Source: Pseudomonadota bacterium
GTDB taxonomy: Bacteria; Bdellovibrionota_G; JALEGL01; DATDPG01
DNA: 38,953 bases
Reading direction: 5' to 3'
NCBI GenBank assembly: GCA_043804515.1
Contig: JAZDIZ010000017.1
Coordinates: forward strand, 1 to 38,953
Numbering within the stretch: the stretch's first letter is position 1; each line of letters opens with the position of its first letter. The notes below the pieces were generated by a model that made no database searches, was not told the DNA's origin, and saw only the letters and a program-made list of their open reading frames with translations. The position numbers were made by a program, and so were the translations under genes. Below are positions 8,971 to 17,959 of the stretch, piece after piece.

Positions 8971-11937
8971 TCAAAGGCCGGACGTCATGGCGCAGATGGT
9001 GTTCGAATACGGCCCTCGGGCGGTGCCGGCATACGTGTAGAGGTAGTAACAGTAGTTCGTTCCCGGTGTCAGCCCGGTCTCGGTGTAGGTCGTGACATTG
9101 GGCCCAAGGGTGACGTTAATTCCGTTTTGAAGCAGACGGATTTCGGTCTCCTGGGATGAATTGTCCGTCCACGAAAGCGTGATTTGCGTGGACCCGACCG
9201 AAGTGATGCTCAGAACGGAGGGATCGTCGGCGATAAAGCAGGCTGTATCGCTGTACGAGCCGGCTTGAGTGCCTTGGACCGCGCGAACCCGGTAGCAGTA
9301 GATGGCGTCCCGGACGGGGAGGCTCCTGTCTTCGTAAGATCCCGCATTTGCGGCTGTCGTCGTGATCCTGGTAAACGGGCCTCCCGCTTGAGAACGTTCC
9401 ACTTCGAAGCCGGTCTCCGCATAGGACATGTCGATCCAGTTCACCTGGATCAAATTCGCGTTGAAAACCGCTCCTTTCCAGGCCATGCCATCCGGCGGGG
9501 CGAGCGGTCCGGCGGGCACGGTAACGTCGAACCATCCCTGCTGACCGAGCAGCGTATTGTCGGCCGCAAAGGCCTCAACCCCGTAGCGATAGGGGTGCCC
9601 GATGAACTCCGAAAAGATATTCGGAGGGAGACCGGTGTCCGTAAGCGTCGTGACGCCGGCGCCGAGGGTGGCGATCACTTCCTGGGGGCAGACGCCGCAC
9701 TGCTGTCCACGCCGGATGACGTAGTGATCCGCGCCGGGAATGGCGTCCCAAACGAGCACCGCGGTGTTGTAATTGGGCCCGGGGACGGTAACCCTCAGAT
9801 TGGGCCATCCCGCCGTGGCGACGTTACTGTAGCCGGAAGATTCCGTGCCTTTGACCGCTTTTACGCGGTAGCTGACGAGGCCCCCTGTCGGCGGCTTATC
9901 CCATACGCCCGTGGAGTTGGATTCCATGGAAAAGACGATGATGAAATTCGTGCATCCCGCGCCGAAACACCTCTCGACCTTGAAACCGTCTTCGTCCGAG
10001 GAATTGTCCGCCCATTGAAGCAGGATATTACCCTGTTTGTATTCGAAGCTCAGGTTCGTAGGTGCGGCCAGCGAGCTCCCGCTCGTGGGGACGGCGACGC
10101 AGAACGTGTTGCTGTAACCGGAGCAGCCGGAGGTATTGCAGGCCCGAACGCGGTAGCAGTACGTCGTTCCGGCCACGACGCTCGTGTCGGTGTACGTTCC
10201 AACGTTCGCCCCGACCTGGGCGTACGGGGCGTAGTTGGTGCATCCGGCTCCGATGCAGCGTTCGATCTCGAACCACGTCTCGTTCGCCGAGTTGTCCTGC
10301 CAGGTCAGGACGATCTGCGTGGTCGAAGCCGTAGCGACCAAGCCCGAGGGTGCCAGGGGCAGAGCGGGAGCGGCGGGAACCGACGCACATGACGTGTTGC
10401 TGTAATCGGAGCAGCCGTTCGCACCGCAGGCCTGCACGCGGTAACAATACGTGTGGCCCGCCACGACATTCGTATCGGTGAACGTGCTGATGTTGGCGCC
10501 GACTTGGGCGTACGGGGCGTAATTGGTGCATCCCGCGCCTTCACACCGCCAAATGGCAAAATCCACTTCGTTGTCCGAATTGTCCTGCCAGGAGAGGACG
10601 ATCTGGGTGGCGGAGGCGGTCGTGACGAGATTCGAAGGAGCCGCCGGGACGTTGAGGACCGGGACGGCGACGCAGAACGTGTTGCTGTAGCCGGAGCAGC
10701 CGGTGGAGTTGCAGGCCCGTACGCGGTAGCAGTAGGTCGTTCCGGCCGCGACGCTCGTGTCGGTGTACGTTCCGACGTTCGCTCCGACCTGGGCGTACGG
10801 GGCGTAGTTGGTGCATCCGGCACCGACACAGCGCTCGATCTCGAATCGTGTCTCGTTGTTCGAATTGTCCTGCCAGGTCAGAACGATTTGGGTGGCGGAG
10901 GCGGTGGCGAGAAGACCGGAGGGGGCGGCAGGAGCCGTCACGACGGGAACGGCCGCGCAGAACGTGTTGCTGTAGCCGGAACAACCGTCGGCGTTGCACG
11001 CCCGGACCCGATAACAGTACGTCAGTCCGGCGGTGGCGCTCGCGTCGGTGAATGTGCCGACGTTGGCGCCGACCTGGGCGTATAGGGCGTAGTCGGTGCA
11101 TCCGCTTCCGACGCAGCGCTCGATCTCGAACCGCGTTTCGTTGCTCGAATTGTCCTGCCAGGTCAGGACGATCTGGTTGCCGGAAGCCGTGGCAATAAGG
11201 CCCGAGGGGGCGTTGGGGAGATTCAGCGGAGGCAAAATCGCCACGCAGAACGTGTTGGAGAAATCGGAACAGCCGGAGACGTTGCAGGCTCTCACACGAT
11301 AACAGTATGTGATTCCGGCTGTTACATTGGTATCGGTGAATGTGGTAACGCCGGCTTCGACCTGTGCGTAGGGGGCGTAGTTGGTGCATCCGGCACCGAC
11401 GCACCGTTCGATTTCAAACCAGGTCTCGTTGTTAGAGTTGTCTCTCCAGGTCAGGATGATCTGACTGCTGGAGGCCGAAGCTACGAGGCCGGATGGGGCG
11501 AAGGGGACGGCGAGAGGATCCTGGGTCGTGGCGGAGACGACGTTGGAATAGGGGGTGTAAACCGCGTCGCGGTTGGTGAACACTTTGGCCGCACGAAGGC
11601 GGTAGAAATAGATCGTGGCGGGCGTCAAACCCGAGTCCCGATACGAAAGGGTGCCCCGGGAGGCCGTGGCGATCTCTGCGAACCCGTCGCTCCCGTTGGG
11701 ACTGCGTTCGACGGAGTAGAGGCTGGCACCCGAGACGCTGGTCCAACTGAGCATGATCTCGGATGAGGAGACGGTTGTGGCGATGGAATTGTTGGAGACG
11801 TTCTTGAGTGTGATCGATGCCGTGGCATCGAACGCTTCCTGAACGCCGCCCACATCGATGCTCTCGCTGCAGGCGCCGGCGAAGAAGGCGAACAGGAAAA
11901 CCGCGAGACAAGCGCACGTATGCTTTGGGAATCTCAT
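8971..11937 (-). CDS. Cysteine-rich fibronectin type III repeat lipoprotein (about 10 FN3 modules)
   Basis: Lipobox FAGAC; tandem ~94-aa units APSGL...LTWQDNS.NET.FEIERC....C...YCYRVRACN..GCS.YSNTFC. Confidence 0.88.
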   Translation of the reverse strand: MRFPKHTCACLAVFLFAFFAGACSESIDVGGVQEAFDATASITLKNVSNNSIATTVSSSEIMLSWTSVSGASLYSVERSPNGSDGFAEIATASRGTLSYRDSGLTPATIYFYRLRAAKVFTNRDAVYTPYSNVVSATTQDPLAVPFAPSGLVASASSSQIILTWRDNSNNETWFEIERCVGAGCTNYAPYAQVEAGVTTFTDTNVTAGITYCYRVRACNVSGCSDFSNTFCVAILPPLNLPNAPSGLIATASGNQIVLTWQDNSSNETRFEIERCVGSGCTDYALYAQVGANVGTFTDASATAGLTYCYRVRACNADGCSGYSNTFCAAVPVVTAPAAPSGLLATASATQIVLTWQDNSNNETRFEIERCVGAGCTNYAPYAQVGANVGTYTDTSVAAGTTYCYRVRACNSTGCSGYSNTFCVAVPVLNVPAAPSNLVTTASATQIVLSWQDNSDNEVDFAIWRCEGAGCTNYAPYAQVGANISTFTDTNVVAGHTYCYRVQACGANGCSDYSNTSCASVPAAPALPLAPSGLVATASTTQIVLTWQDNSANETWFEIERCIGAGCTNYAPYAQVGANVGTYTDTSVVAGTTYCYRVRACNTSGCSGYSNTFCVAVPTSGSSLAAPTNLSFEYKQGNILLQWADNSSDEDGFKVERCFGAGCTNFIIVFSMESNSTGVWDKPPTGGLVSYRVKAVKGTESSGYSNVATAGWPNLRVTVPGPNYNTAVLVWDAIPGADHYVIRRGQQCGVCPQEVIATLGAGVTTLTDTGLPPNIFSEFIGHPYRYGVEAFAADNTLLGQQGWFDVTVPAGPLAPPDGMAWKGAVFNANLIQVNWIDMSYAETGFEVERSQAGGPFTRITTTAANAGSYEDRSLPVRDAIYCYRVRAVQGTQAGSYSDTACFIADDPSVLSITSVGSTQITLSWTDNSSQETEIRLLQNGINVTLGPNVTTYTETGLTPGTNYCYYLYTYAGTARGPYSNTICAMTSGL

Positions 11938-11947
11938 ATATTCCTCC

Positions 11948-14515
11948 TTAGGGATTGGGGATCGTTAGGGTCACGTCACCGGAGAAGTCGCTTTGAACCG
12001 CGGCATTCAATGCCAGGACCTGATACCTGTACGTGCTTCCTGGAATCACGTCCGTATCGATCCAGCTTCGCACCGACGAACCCGAAAGAACGGGATACAG
12101 ATAGTAATAGTTCTTCACGATCTGGAACGCGTCCACGTTCAGGCCGTCGTGTACCCAATTCAGCGTCACTTGATAGGCGGCTCCGACCTTTGTCACCGTA
12201 GCCGTCAGGCCCGTCGGGGCGTTCGGCTTCGCCTCCGGTGTGGCGGCGGCCGCGTACTCCGTTCCTTGGTAATCGGCATTCCAAAGGCCTGTGTCGGCGC
12301 CCCGCACCGCGCGGGCCCGGTAGAGATATGTCGTCCCCATGACCAGACCGGAGCTGTCGGTATAGGATTCCGCACCCGCCGATGCTTGGCCGATCGTGCT
12401 GAAGCCCTCGTTGGGGAGTGAGGTACTTCCGACACAGAGGTTGACGTAGATGGTTTGCGTCATGTCCCGCAGGCACCGTTGGATTTCAAAGCCGGTCTCG
12501 TCGTACGAAACATTGGCCCAGTTCAATTGGACCGACGCGCCGCCGTTCGTCTGGGCGTAAAATCCTCGTGGCCTGCCGAGCTTCCCCGGTACTCGGAGGT
12601 AGCTCATCGCACCGTACGCTTTCGTTCCGTCGCCGAGCGTGGCGATCACCCGATAGCGGTACACATTGGCGGGCGCGATCGGCGTCCATGCCGTCGCGTT
12701 GGACGAATCGGTGAACGTGACCGTATCCGGTTGGCCCGCAACCGAACTTCGGGTGACGGGGGCGTTTACTACCGTCGGAACGTCGAAAAGACAGGCACCA
12801 CAGGTGGACGTACCCCGGTTTACTGTGAAGCTTACCCCGCCTACAACGTCCGACCACTGGACATCGACTTCGACGTGTTCCGTGGGGAGGCTCACGACTC
12901 GGGCCGTCAGCGTCAAGGGCATCCAGGCAACCGTTGCGATATTGCTCCAGTCGGAGCAGGTGGCTCCCGTGCAGGCTCTCGTCCGGTAGCGGTAGAAGCC
13001 GGCGGCGTTGGGCCAATCGGACCAGGCGCTGGTGTTGGAAGGAATGTCCCAGGAGGTCCAGCCCGGGGGCAGGCCGAAATTGGTGCAGGTCTTCCCGATA
13101 CAATTCTGAAGCTCGAACCGGTCTTCGTTGGCGGAGTTATCCGTCCAGGAGAGAAGGATGATGTAGCGGCCGTGCGAATCGTCTTCTCCCACCGACGCCT
13201 GGAAGCCCGTGGGTGCCTGGACGGCCGGCGGTGTGGACGAAGCCGTTGCGCAGAACGTGTTGCTGTAGCCCGAACACCCGTTCGCGTCGCACGCCCGGAC
13301 GCGATAGCAGTACGTGTTCCCGGACGTGACGTTCGTGTCGGTGAACGTCGTGACGCCCGATCCGACTTGAGCGATCGGAGCGTAGTTGGTGCATCCTGCG
13401 CCCTGGCAGCGCTCGATTTCGAACCGAGTCTCGCCGGTCGAGTTGTCCTGCCAGGTGAGAACGATCTGCGTCGCGGTGGGGACGGCCACCAGGCCCGACG
13501 GCGCCGCGAGAGGGGCCACGATCGGAATCAACGTGCAGAAGATGTTGCTGTAACCGGAGCAGCCGTCCGCGTTGCAGGCCCGGACCCGGTAACAATAGGT
13601 CGTGCCGGCGACGACGCTCGAATCCGTGAATGTGGCCACGCCCGCTCCCACTTGCGCATACAGTGCATAATTGGTGCAGCCCGTGCCCTCGCATCGCTCG
13701 ATCTCGAAGCGGGTCTCGTTCGAGGAATTGTCCTGCCACGTCAGGACGATCTGATTGCCGGAAGCCGTGGCGATAAGGCGCGATGGCGCCTCGGGCGGGT
13801 TCGGAGGGAGGGAGATCGCGACGCAGAAGGTGTTACTGTACGCGGAACAGCCGGCGCTGTTGCACGCCCGGACGCGGTAACAATAGGTCGTTCCTGCCGT
13901 GACGTTGGTGTCGATGAACGAGGTCGTGTCGGCTCCCGCCTCGGCGTACGGCGTGTAATTGGTGCATCCCGCTCCGACGCATCGTTCGATGGAGAACTTC
14001 GTTTCGTTGTCCGAGTTGTCCTGCCAGGTCAGGACGATCTGGCTCCCGGAAGCCGAAGCCACAAGGCCGGACGGAGCGGCCGGAACCGACAACGGGTCCG
14101 GCGTGGTGGCCGAGACGATGTTGGAATAGGGGGTATATACGGCGTTACGGTTTTGGAAAACCTTCGCCGCGCGCACGCGATAGAGGTAGGTCGTGGCCGG
14201 CTCAAGGCCCGGATCCAAATAAGAAAGGCTGTTTCGGGCAGCGATCGCGATCTCGACAAAACTTCCGTTCTCGTTGGGGCTTCGTTCGATGGAATAGAGG
14301 CTGGCTCCCGACACGGCCGTCCAACTGATGATGATTTCCGTATAGGAAACCGCGGTGGCGGTGGAGGTGTTCGAGACGTTCTTGAGCGTGATCGCCGCGG
14401 ACGCATCGAATGTTTCTTCGTTGCTCCCCACATCGATGCTTTGGCTGCATGCACTCAAGACGAGGGCGGCACAAAGGACTTCAAGACAAAGAGCGAAACG
14501 TCTTTGAAATGGCAT
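11948..14515 (-). CDS. Cysteine-rich FN3 repeat lipoprotein, paralog (about 8 FN3 modules)
   Basis: Start MPFQRRF after AAGGAG; lipobox LSAC; same N-terminus (SIDVG...FDA.A.ITLKNVSN) and repeat unit as 8971..11937. Confidence 0.88.
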   Translation of the reverse strand: MPFQRRFALCLEVLCAALVLSACSQSIDVGSNEETFDASAAITLKNVSNTSTATAVSYTEIIISWTAVSGASLYSIERSPNENGSFVEIAIAARNSLSYLDPGLEPATTYLYRVRAAKVFQNRNAVYTPYSNIVSATTPDPLSVPAAPSGLVASASGSQIVLTWQDNSDNETKFSIERCVGAGCTNYTPYAEAGADTTSFIDTNVTAGTTYCYRVRACNSAGCSAYSNTFCVAISLPPNPPEAPSRLIATASGNQIVLTWQDNSSNETRFEIERCEGTGCTNYALYAQVGAGVATFTDSSVVAGTTYCYRVRACNADGCSGYSNIFCTLIPIVAPLAAPSGLVAVPTATQIVLTWQDNSTGETRFEIERCQGAGCTNYAPIAQVGSGVTTFTDTNVTSGNTYCYRVRACDANGCSGYSNTFCATASSTPPAVQAPTGFQASVGEDDSHGRYIILLSWTDNSANEDRFELQNCIGKTCTNFGLPPGWTSWDIPSNTSAWSDWPNAAGFYRYRTRACTGATCSDWSNIATVAWMPLTLTARVVSLPTEHVEVDVQWSDVVGGVSFTVNRGTSTCGACLFDVPTVVNAPVTRSSVAGQPDTVTFTDSSNATAWTPIAPANVYRYRVIATLGDGTKAYGAMSYLRVPGKLGRPRGFYAQTNGGASVQLNWANVSYDETGFEIQRCLRDMTQTIYVNLCVGSTSLPNEGFSTIGQASAGAESYTDSSGLVMGTTYLYRARAVRGADTGLWNADYQGTEYAAAATPEAKPNAPTGLTATVTKVGAAYQVTLNWVHDGLNVDAFQIVKNYYYLYPVLSGSSVRSWIDTDVIPGSTYRYQVLALNAAVQSDFSGDVTLTIPNP

Positions 14516-14583
14516 GAAGCACTCCTTGGGATGGATTTGGCTGAGGAGGGACTGGCGATTGCAAGCCATCAGATCCAGGAAAG

Positions 14584-14627
14584 GCACAAAGGGTGCCAAC
14601 AAAAATCTTTTTAATATCAATAACTTA
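14584..14627 (-). promoter_or_regulatory. Putative sigma54 promoter (-24/-12) with adjacent IHF consensus site for the FN3 operon
   Basis: Minus strand TGGCACCCTTTGTGC (GG-N10-GC) at 14598..14584; TATCAATAACTTA at 14615..14627 matches WATCAANNNNTTR. Confidence 0.5.
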
Positions 14628-14961
14628 CGAAAGCCTCCTAATTGAATGCTATGAAGAAAAGTCAGGAATTTCCTTTTAATTACGCAATGTTTGCATAACA
14701 AACCGTAACCTATTGGATCAAAAATGTAGGGTGTCTGCGCGGAATCTCGATTTGCTAAGTATTATGAACTCTTGCGATCTGCGGCGGCGGAACCGACGCT
14801 TCGGTCAACTGACGATTTGGCGGGGAGGTGGGCTCGGCCCTTGCTGTACTAGGACCGCAATTTTTGCGTGGATCGAAGGATCTCGGCGATCTCCGAAGCT
14901 GGAACTCTCTGGCCCCGACCGACAAAGCAACCTCCGCCCCCGTCCTGCCCTGGCTCGCATA

Positions 14962-15091
14962 GCTCGAAGAGTCGATCAAATGGATCGAGGTCACACCCAA
15001 GACGATCCGGATCCGCAAAAAAGTGCTCCCCAAGAACCTGCGCAGCGTCGTACGATCCCAACGGATCACCAGCCCGGATAAGAACGAGTAA
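14962..15091 (+). pseudogene. typA: Displaced typA 3'-end fragment (repeat copy 2)
   Basis: Encodes LEESIKWIEVTPKTIRIRKKVLPKNLRSVVRSQRITSPDKNE*; no start codon; 18-bp deletion relative to copy 1. Confidence 0.85.
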
Positions 15092-15207
15092 CGGAAGAAC
15101 GGATCTTCTTCCTTATTGATAGCATCGAAGGCATCTTTTTCCCTTCCTAAGATGATGTCTGTAGATGTTATAATTATTTCAATGTGTTACGGAGGCCTCG
15201 TTACATA

Positions 15208-15283
15208 CATGAGCTATAAAGAATTGATTTATAGCTCATGGTTGGCTAATATTTGAGTTATAAAATGAGGTTTTATTGCTCAT
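15208..15283. promoter_or_regulatory. Tandem palindromic operators upstream of the Fic gene
   Basis: Perfect CATGAGCTATAAA-N7-TTTATAGCTCATG (15208..15240) and degenerate TGAGTTATAAA-N7-TTTATTGCTCA reaching the start codon. Confidence 0.65.
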
Positions 15284-16394
15284 GATATGGAACTGGCAAC
15301 AAGGCGACTGGTGTCAATTCACCTACCAAAGCGCGCTCTTGGAAGAGTTCGAAGCTCGGTTTCTTAGGCAATCCGGCATTCTGCTGGGTGCCTACAAACA
15401 TGTCCGCGATGACGAAAAGAACATTCTCAAAATCGAACTCCTGGGCGACGAAGCTCTGAAAACATCCGCCATCGAAGGCGAATACCTCGACCGCGACAGC
15501 GTGCAATCTTCCCTTCGGCGCAATTTCGGCCTGGATTCGGACAACCGTAAAATTCCTCCCGCAGAACAAGGGATCGCCGAAATGATGGTCGATCTGTTCA
15601 CGAATTTCGCGGATCCCCTTAGCCACAGGACACTTTTCAATTGGCATAAAACTCTGACCAGGGGCAGGCGTGATCTTAAGGACAGCGGCCGTTATCGAAC
15701 GCACGCCGAGCCGATGCAGATCGTCTCCGGTCCTGTCGGAAATCCGAAGATTCATTTCGAAGCTCCACCCTCAACGAATGTCCCCCAAGAGATGGAACGG
15801 TATATCGATTGGTTCAACAGAACCGCTCCCGGCGGTGAAACACCTCTTCGCACTTTGATTCGCGCGGGCGTCGCGCACCTCTATTTTGTTTCCATCCACC
15901 CCTTCGAGGATGGAAACGGTCGCGTCGGCCGCGCCATCGCTGTGAAGGTCCTGTCCCAATCCAGCGGCCAACCGACGCTGATCGCGCTCTCTCGTACCAT
16001 CGAGAGGAAGAAGAAAACCTATTACGACATGTTGGAACGCGGCAACAAGGCGAACGAGATTTCGGAGTGGCTGAAGTATTTCGCCGAGACGATTCTGGAG
16101 GCGCAGCAACACACGCAGACGATCGTCGATTTCATCATCGAAAAGGCGAAGTTCTACGACAATCACAGAGACCGGATGAATGCGCGTCAGGAGAAGGTGG
16201 TTGCGCGGATTTTTCGCGCAGGTTCTGAAGGGTTTGTCGGGGGGCTGAACGCCGAGAACTACCTCCGCATTACCGGCACCTCTCGCGCCACAGCGACCCG
16301 GGATTTACAGGACTTGGTGGAAAAAGGTCTTCTCTTACGTACCGGTGCGCTGAAGAGCACGCGCTACTACCTCAACATCGGCAAGGCTCGCTGA
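15282..16394 (+). CDS. Fic family protein (DUF4172-type N-terminus, C-terminal winged HTH)
   Basis: WNWQQGDW N-terminus, SAIEGE, canonical HPFEDGNGRVGR, SRATATRDLQDLV. Confidence 0.92.
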   Translation: MIWNWQQGDWCQFTYQSALLEEFEARFLRQSGILLGAYKHVRDDEKNILKIELLGDEALKTSAIEGEYLDRDSVQSSLRRNFGLDSDNRKIPPAEQGIAEMMVDLFTNFADPLSHRTLFNWHKTLTRGRRDLKDSGRYRTHAEPMQIVSGPVGNPKIHFEAPPSTNVPQEMERYIDWFNRTAPGGETPLRTLIRAGVAHLYFVSIHPFEDGNGRVGRAIAVKVLSQSSGQPTLIALSRTIERKKKTYYDMLERGNKANEISEWLKYFAETILEAQQHTQTIVDFIIEKAKFYDNHRDRMNARQEKVVARIFRAGSEGFVGGLNAENYLRITGTSRATATRDLQDLVEKGLLLRTGALKSTRYYLNIGKAR

Positions 16395-16621
16395 GTCTTG
16401 CCGAGGAGGGCTCCCGAGATCGTCTCGCACCCGCTTTTGCAAAGCCTTGGCGAGTACCCGCTCGGCGTTGCCACTAGAAATCGGCAACGTGAACCGCGAC
16501 GTGTCGACGATTCGCAGCGAGTAGATGGCGTGCCTAGCCGTAGCTCTAGTTCGAAAAGGGGGAGTCCGCCTTCGCTGAAGCTTCGGCGGGACATCCTTCG
16601 CTTCGCTTCACTCAGCGAAGG

Positions 16622-16645
16622 ATGGTGCCCAGGGGCGGAATTGAA
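16622..16645 (-). repeat. 24-bp remnant of the tRNA-Phe 3' end (older att scar)
   Basis: ATGGTGCCCAGGGGCGGAATTGAA is identical to 16823.. and 24286..; adjacent hairpin CATCCTTCGCT/AGCGAAGGATG at 16592..16624. Confidence 0.85.
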
Positions 16646-16822
16646 TGACGTGCGCTCGCGCCAAGCGCTACATCGGTACGTTCACACGCTTAAAGTGTTT
16701 AGAAGTGGTTCTTTCGGATGGATTGTTTTGCGAGATTTGGGGACGCTGGGCGCTCGCTTGGACGGTACGCACGGACCCGGCGTAGCCATCTCGCTTACCC
16801 CCGAGGAAGGGGGATGCGCGAG

Positions 16823-16868
16823 ATGGTGCCCAGGGGCGGAATTGAACCGTCGACACACGGATTTTCAG
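16823..16868 (-). repeat. 46-bp att repeat (duplicated tRNA-Phe 3' half)
   Basis: ATGGTGCCCAGGGGCGGAATTGAACCGTCGACACACGGATTTTCAG is identical to 24286..24331 and ends at the anticodon loop. Confidence 0.95.
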
Positions 16869-16960
16869 ATCACACGGAAAAAAACGAAGAAGACCCATCC
16901 AAACATAACAAGACCTTAGACAAGCCCGAGAAGCCTCCAGAGCCGGTTGGAGGGGGGTAA

Positions 16961-17959
16961 GTGAATCAAAGTGGTAACAAAATGGTAACAACCGGCGAGC
17001 ATTTCGCGGGATTTTCGGAGCCTCGTTTCACGTCCACGCCCGATGAATTCTTCGATCGGCTCATGCCGACGCTCACGCTCGCCGAGACGAGGATCGTTCT
17101 CTACATCATCCGCCGGACGTTCGGTTTCAAGAAAAAGGCGGATGTCATTTCTTTGGACCAGCTTGAGAACGGAATCCGGCGAAAGGACGGCACGGAACTC
17201 GACCGAGGCACGGGTCTTTCGCGTCGGGCAATTCTGCCGGCCATACGATCGCTGATCGAGAAAGGGGTCATTGAGAAAAAAGAGCAGATGGACCCGCGCT
17301 TCGGCTCGCGCGCCTCTCTCTACTCGCTCCGGTTCAAAGACAGCCACCCGAGGGGAGAGGCAAGCTTTTCCCCTCCCCCCGGGGAAGAAACTTCACCTAG
17401 GGGAGAGGAAGCAACTTCCCCCCACAAGAAACAGAATCCAACAAACAGTTTAGACAACACCCCCACCACTCCCCTGAACCTAGCGTCCAAGTTTTACCGG
17501 GGACTTGGCCGCAAGGTCTCGGAGCCAAAGCTTAGGAAGGGGGAGGAAGTGATCCAGGATCTCTTGGAGAAAGACTTCTCCGAGGCGGATGTCACCTATG
17601 CCATCGGCTATGTGGTTCGGAAATATCCCGATACGCAGACGATCCATCGCCTGCCGTTCTTGATCGACGAGGCGCTTGAAGAGCGGGGCAAGGAACAAGC
17701 CCAGGAAAGATCCAAGGCTGAAGCGAAGGAGAGACAGACCCACGAAGATCAATGGAAAGAACACGCTGAGGACGAAGCAAGGAGGGCTTACGAGGCCTTC
17801 CGCCGGCTCAAGGATGAAGATCGGGAGGCGCTTCTGAGCCGGGCACCGAAATGGATCAATCTTCCGCAAGCCCGAACCGCCTGGGCGGTGAACAAACTGA
17901 AGCGGTTTTCACCTGATTGGACCGGTTCGGACCCCCGGTTCCTTTTCTCTTTTCGGTAG
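16961..17959 (+). CDS. Phage-type replication initiator (lambda O-like N-terminal wHTH)
   Basis: FTSTPDEFFD.LMPTL...IVLYIIRRTFGFKKKADVISLDQL...GTGLSRRAI..AIRSLIEKG; low-complexity linker with iteron-like repeats; GTG start after GGAGG (alternative ATG at 16982). Confidence 0.75.
   Translation: MNQSGNKMVTTGEHFAGFSEPRFTSTPDEFFDRLMPTLTLAETRIVLYIIRRTFGFKKKADVISLDQLENGIRRKDGTELDRGTGLSRRAILPAIRSLIEKGVIEKKEQMDPRFGSRASLYSLRFKDSHPRGEASFSPPPGEETSPRGEEATSPHKKQNPTNSLDNTPTTPLNLASKFYRGLGRKVSEPKLRKGEEVIQDLLEKDFSEADVTYAIGYVVRKYPDTQTIHRLPFLIDEALEERGKEQAQERSKAEAKERQTHEDQWKEHAEDEARRAYEAFRRLKDEDREALLSRAPKWINLPQARTAWAVNKLKRFSPDWTGSDPRFLFSFR
16972..16990 (+). promoter_or_regulatory. Putative integrase arm-type sites (TGGTAACA x2, 11-bp period), left arm
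   Basis: TGGTAACAAAATGGTAACA; same doublet at 24219..24237. Confidence 0.7.
17349..17460. other. Putative replication origin inside the rep gene
   Basis: AGGGGAGAGG at 17351 and 17399; three imperfect GGGGA...CTT..CC palindromes; A-rich tract after them. Confidence 0.45.

Larger units (their letters stand above)
8927..15091. mobile_element. Genomic islet inserted at the typA 3' end carrying two FN3-repeat lipoprotein genes; no integrase inside
   Basis: Bounded by the duplicated typA 3' end. Confidence 0.65.

Noticed and set aside
8971..14515. FN3 repeats as a CRISPR array or DGR template/variable repeat pair
   Set aside because: The repeats are in-frame ~280-bp protein modules; no cas or reverse transcriptase gene, and no adenine-specific mismatch pattern noticed.
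4392..14614. Long antisense ORFs (4392..5639, 7033..8400, 9184..10392, 12455..14614)
   Set aside because: Typical antisense shadows of GC-rich genes with no recognisable motifs.
14849..14960. Minus-strand GGGGCFVG peptide resembling a C-terminal sorting motif
   Set aside because: Short, with no credible start or transmembrane segment; could be chance.
16823..16868. Second tRNA-Phe gene
   Set aside because: Only the 3' half is present; the D-arm and 5' acceptor strand are missing.
16398..16960. ORFs 16398..16919 and 16718..16960 as real genes
   Set aside because: They run through hairpins and att scars; only the last 30 codons of the second are meaningful, as the alternative Int tail on the circle.
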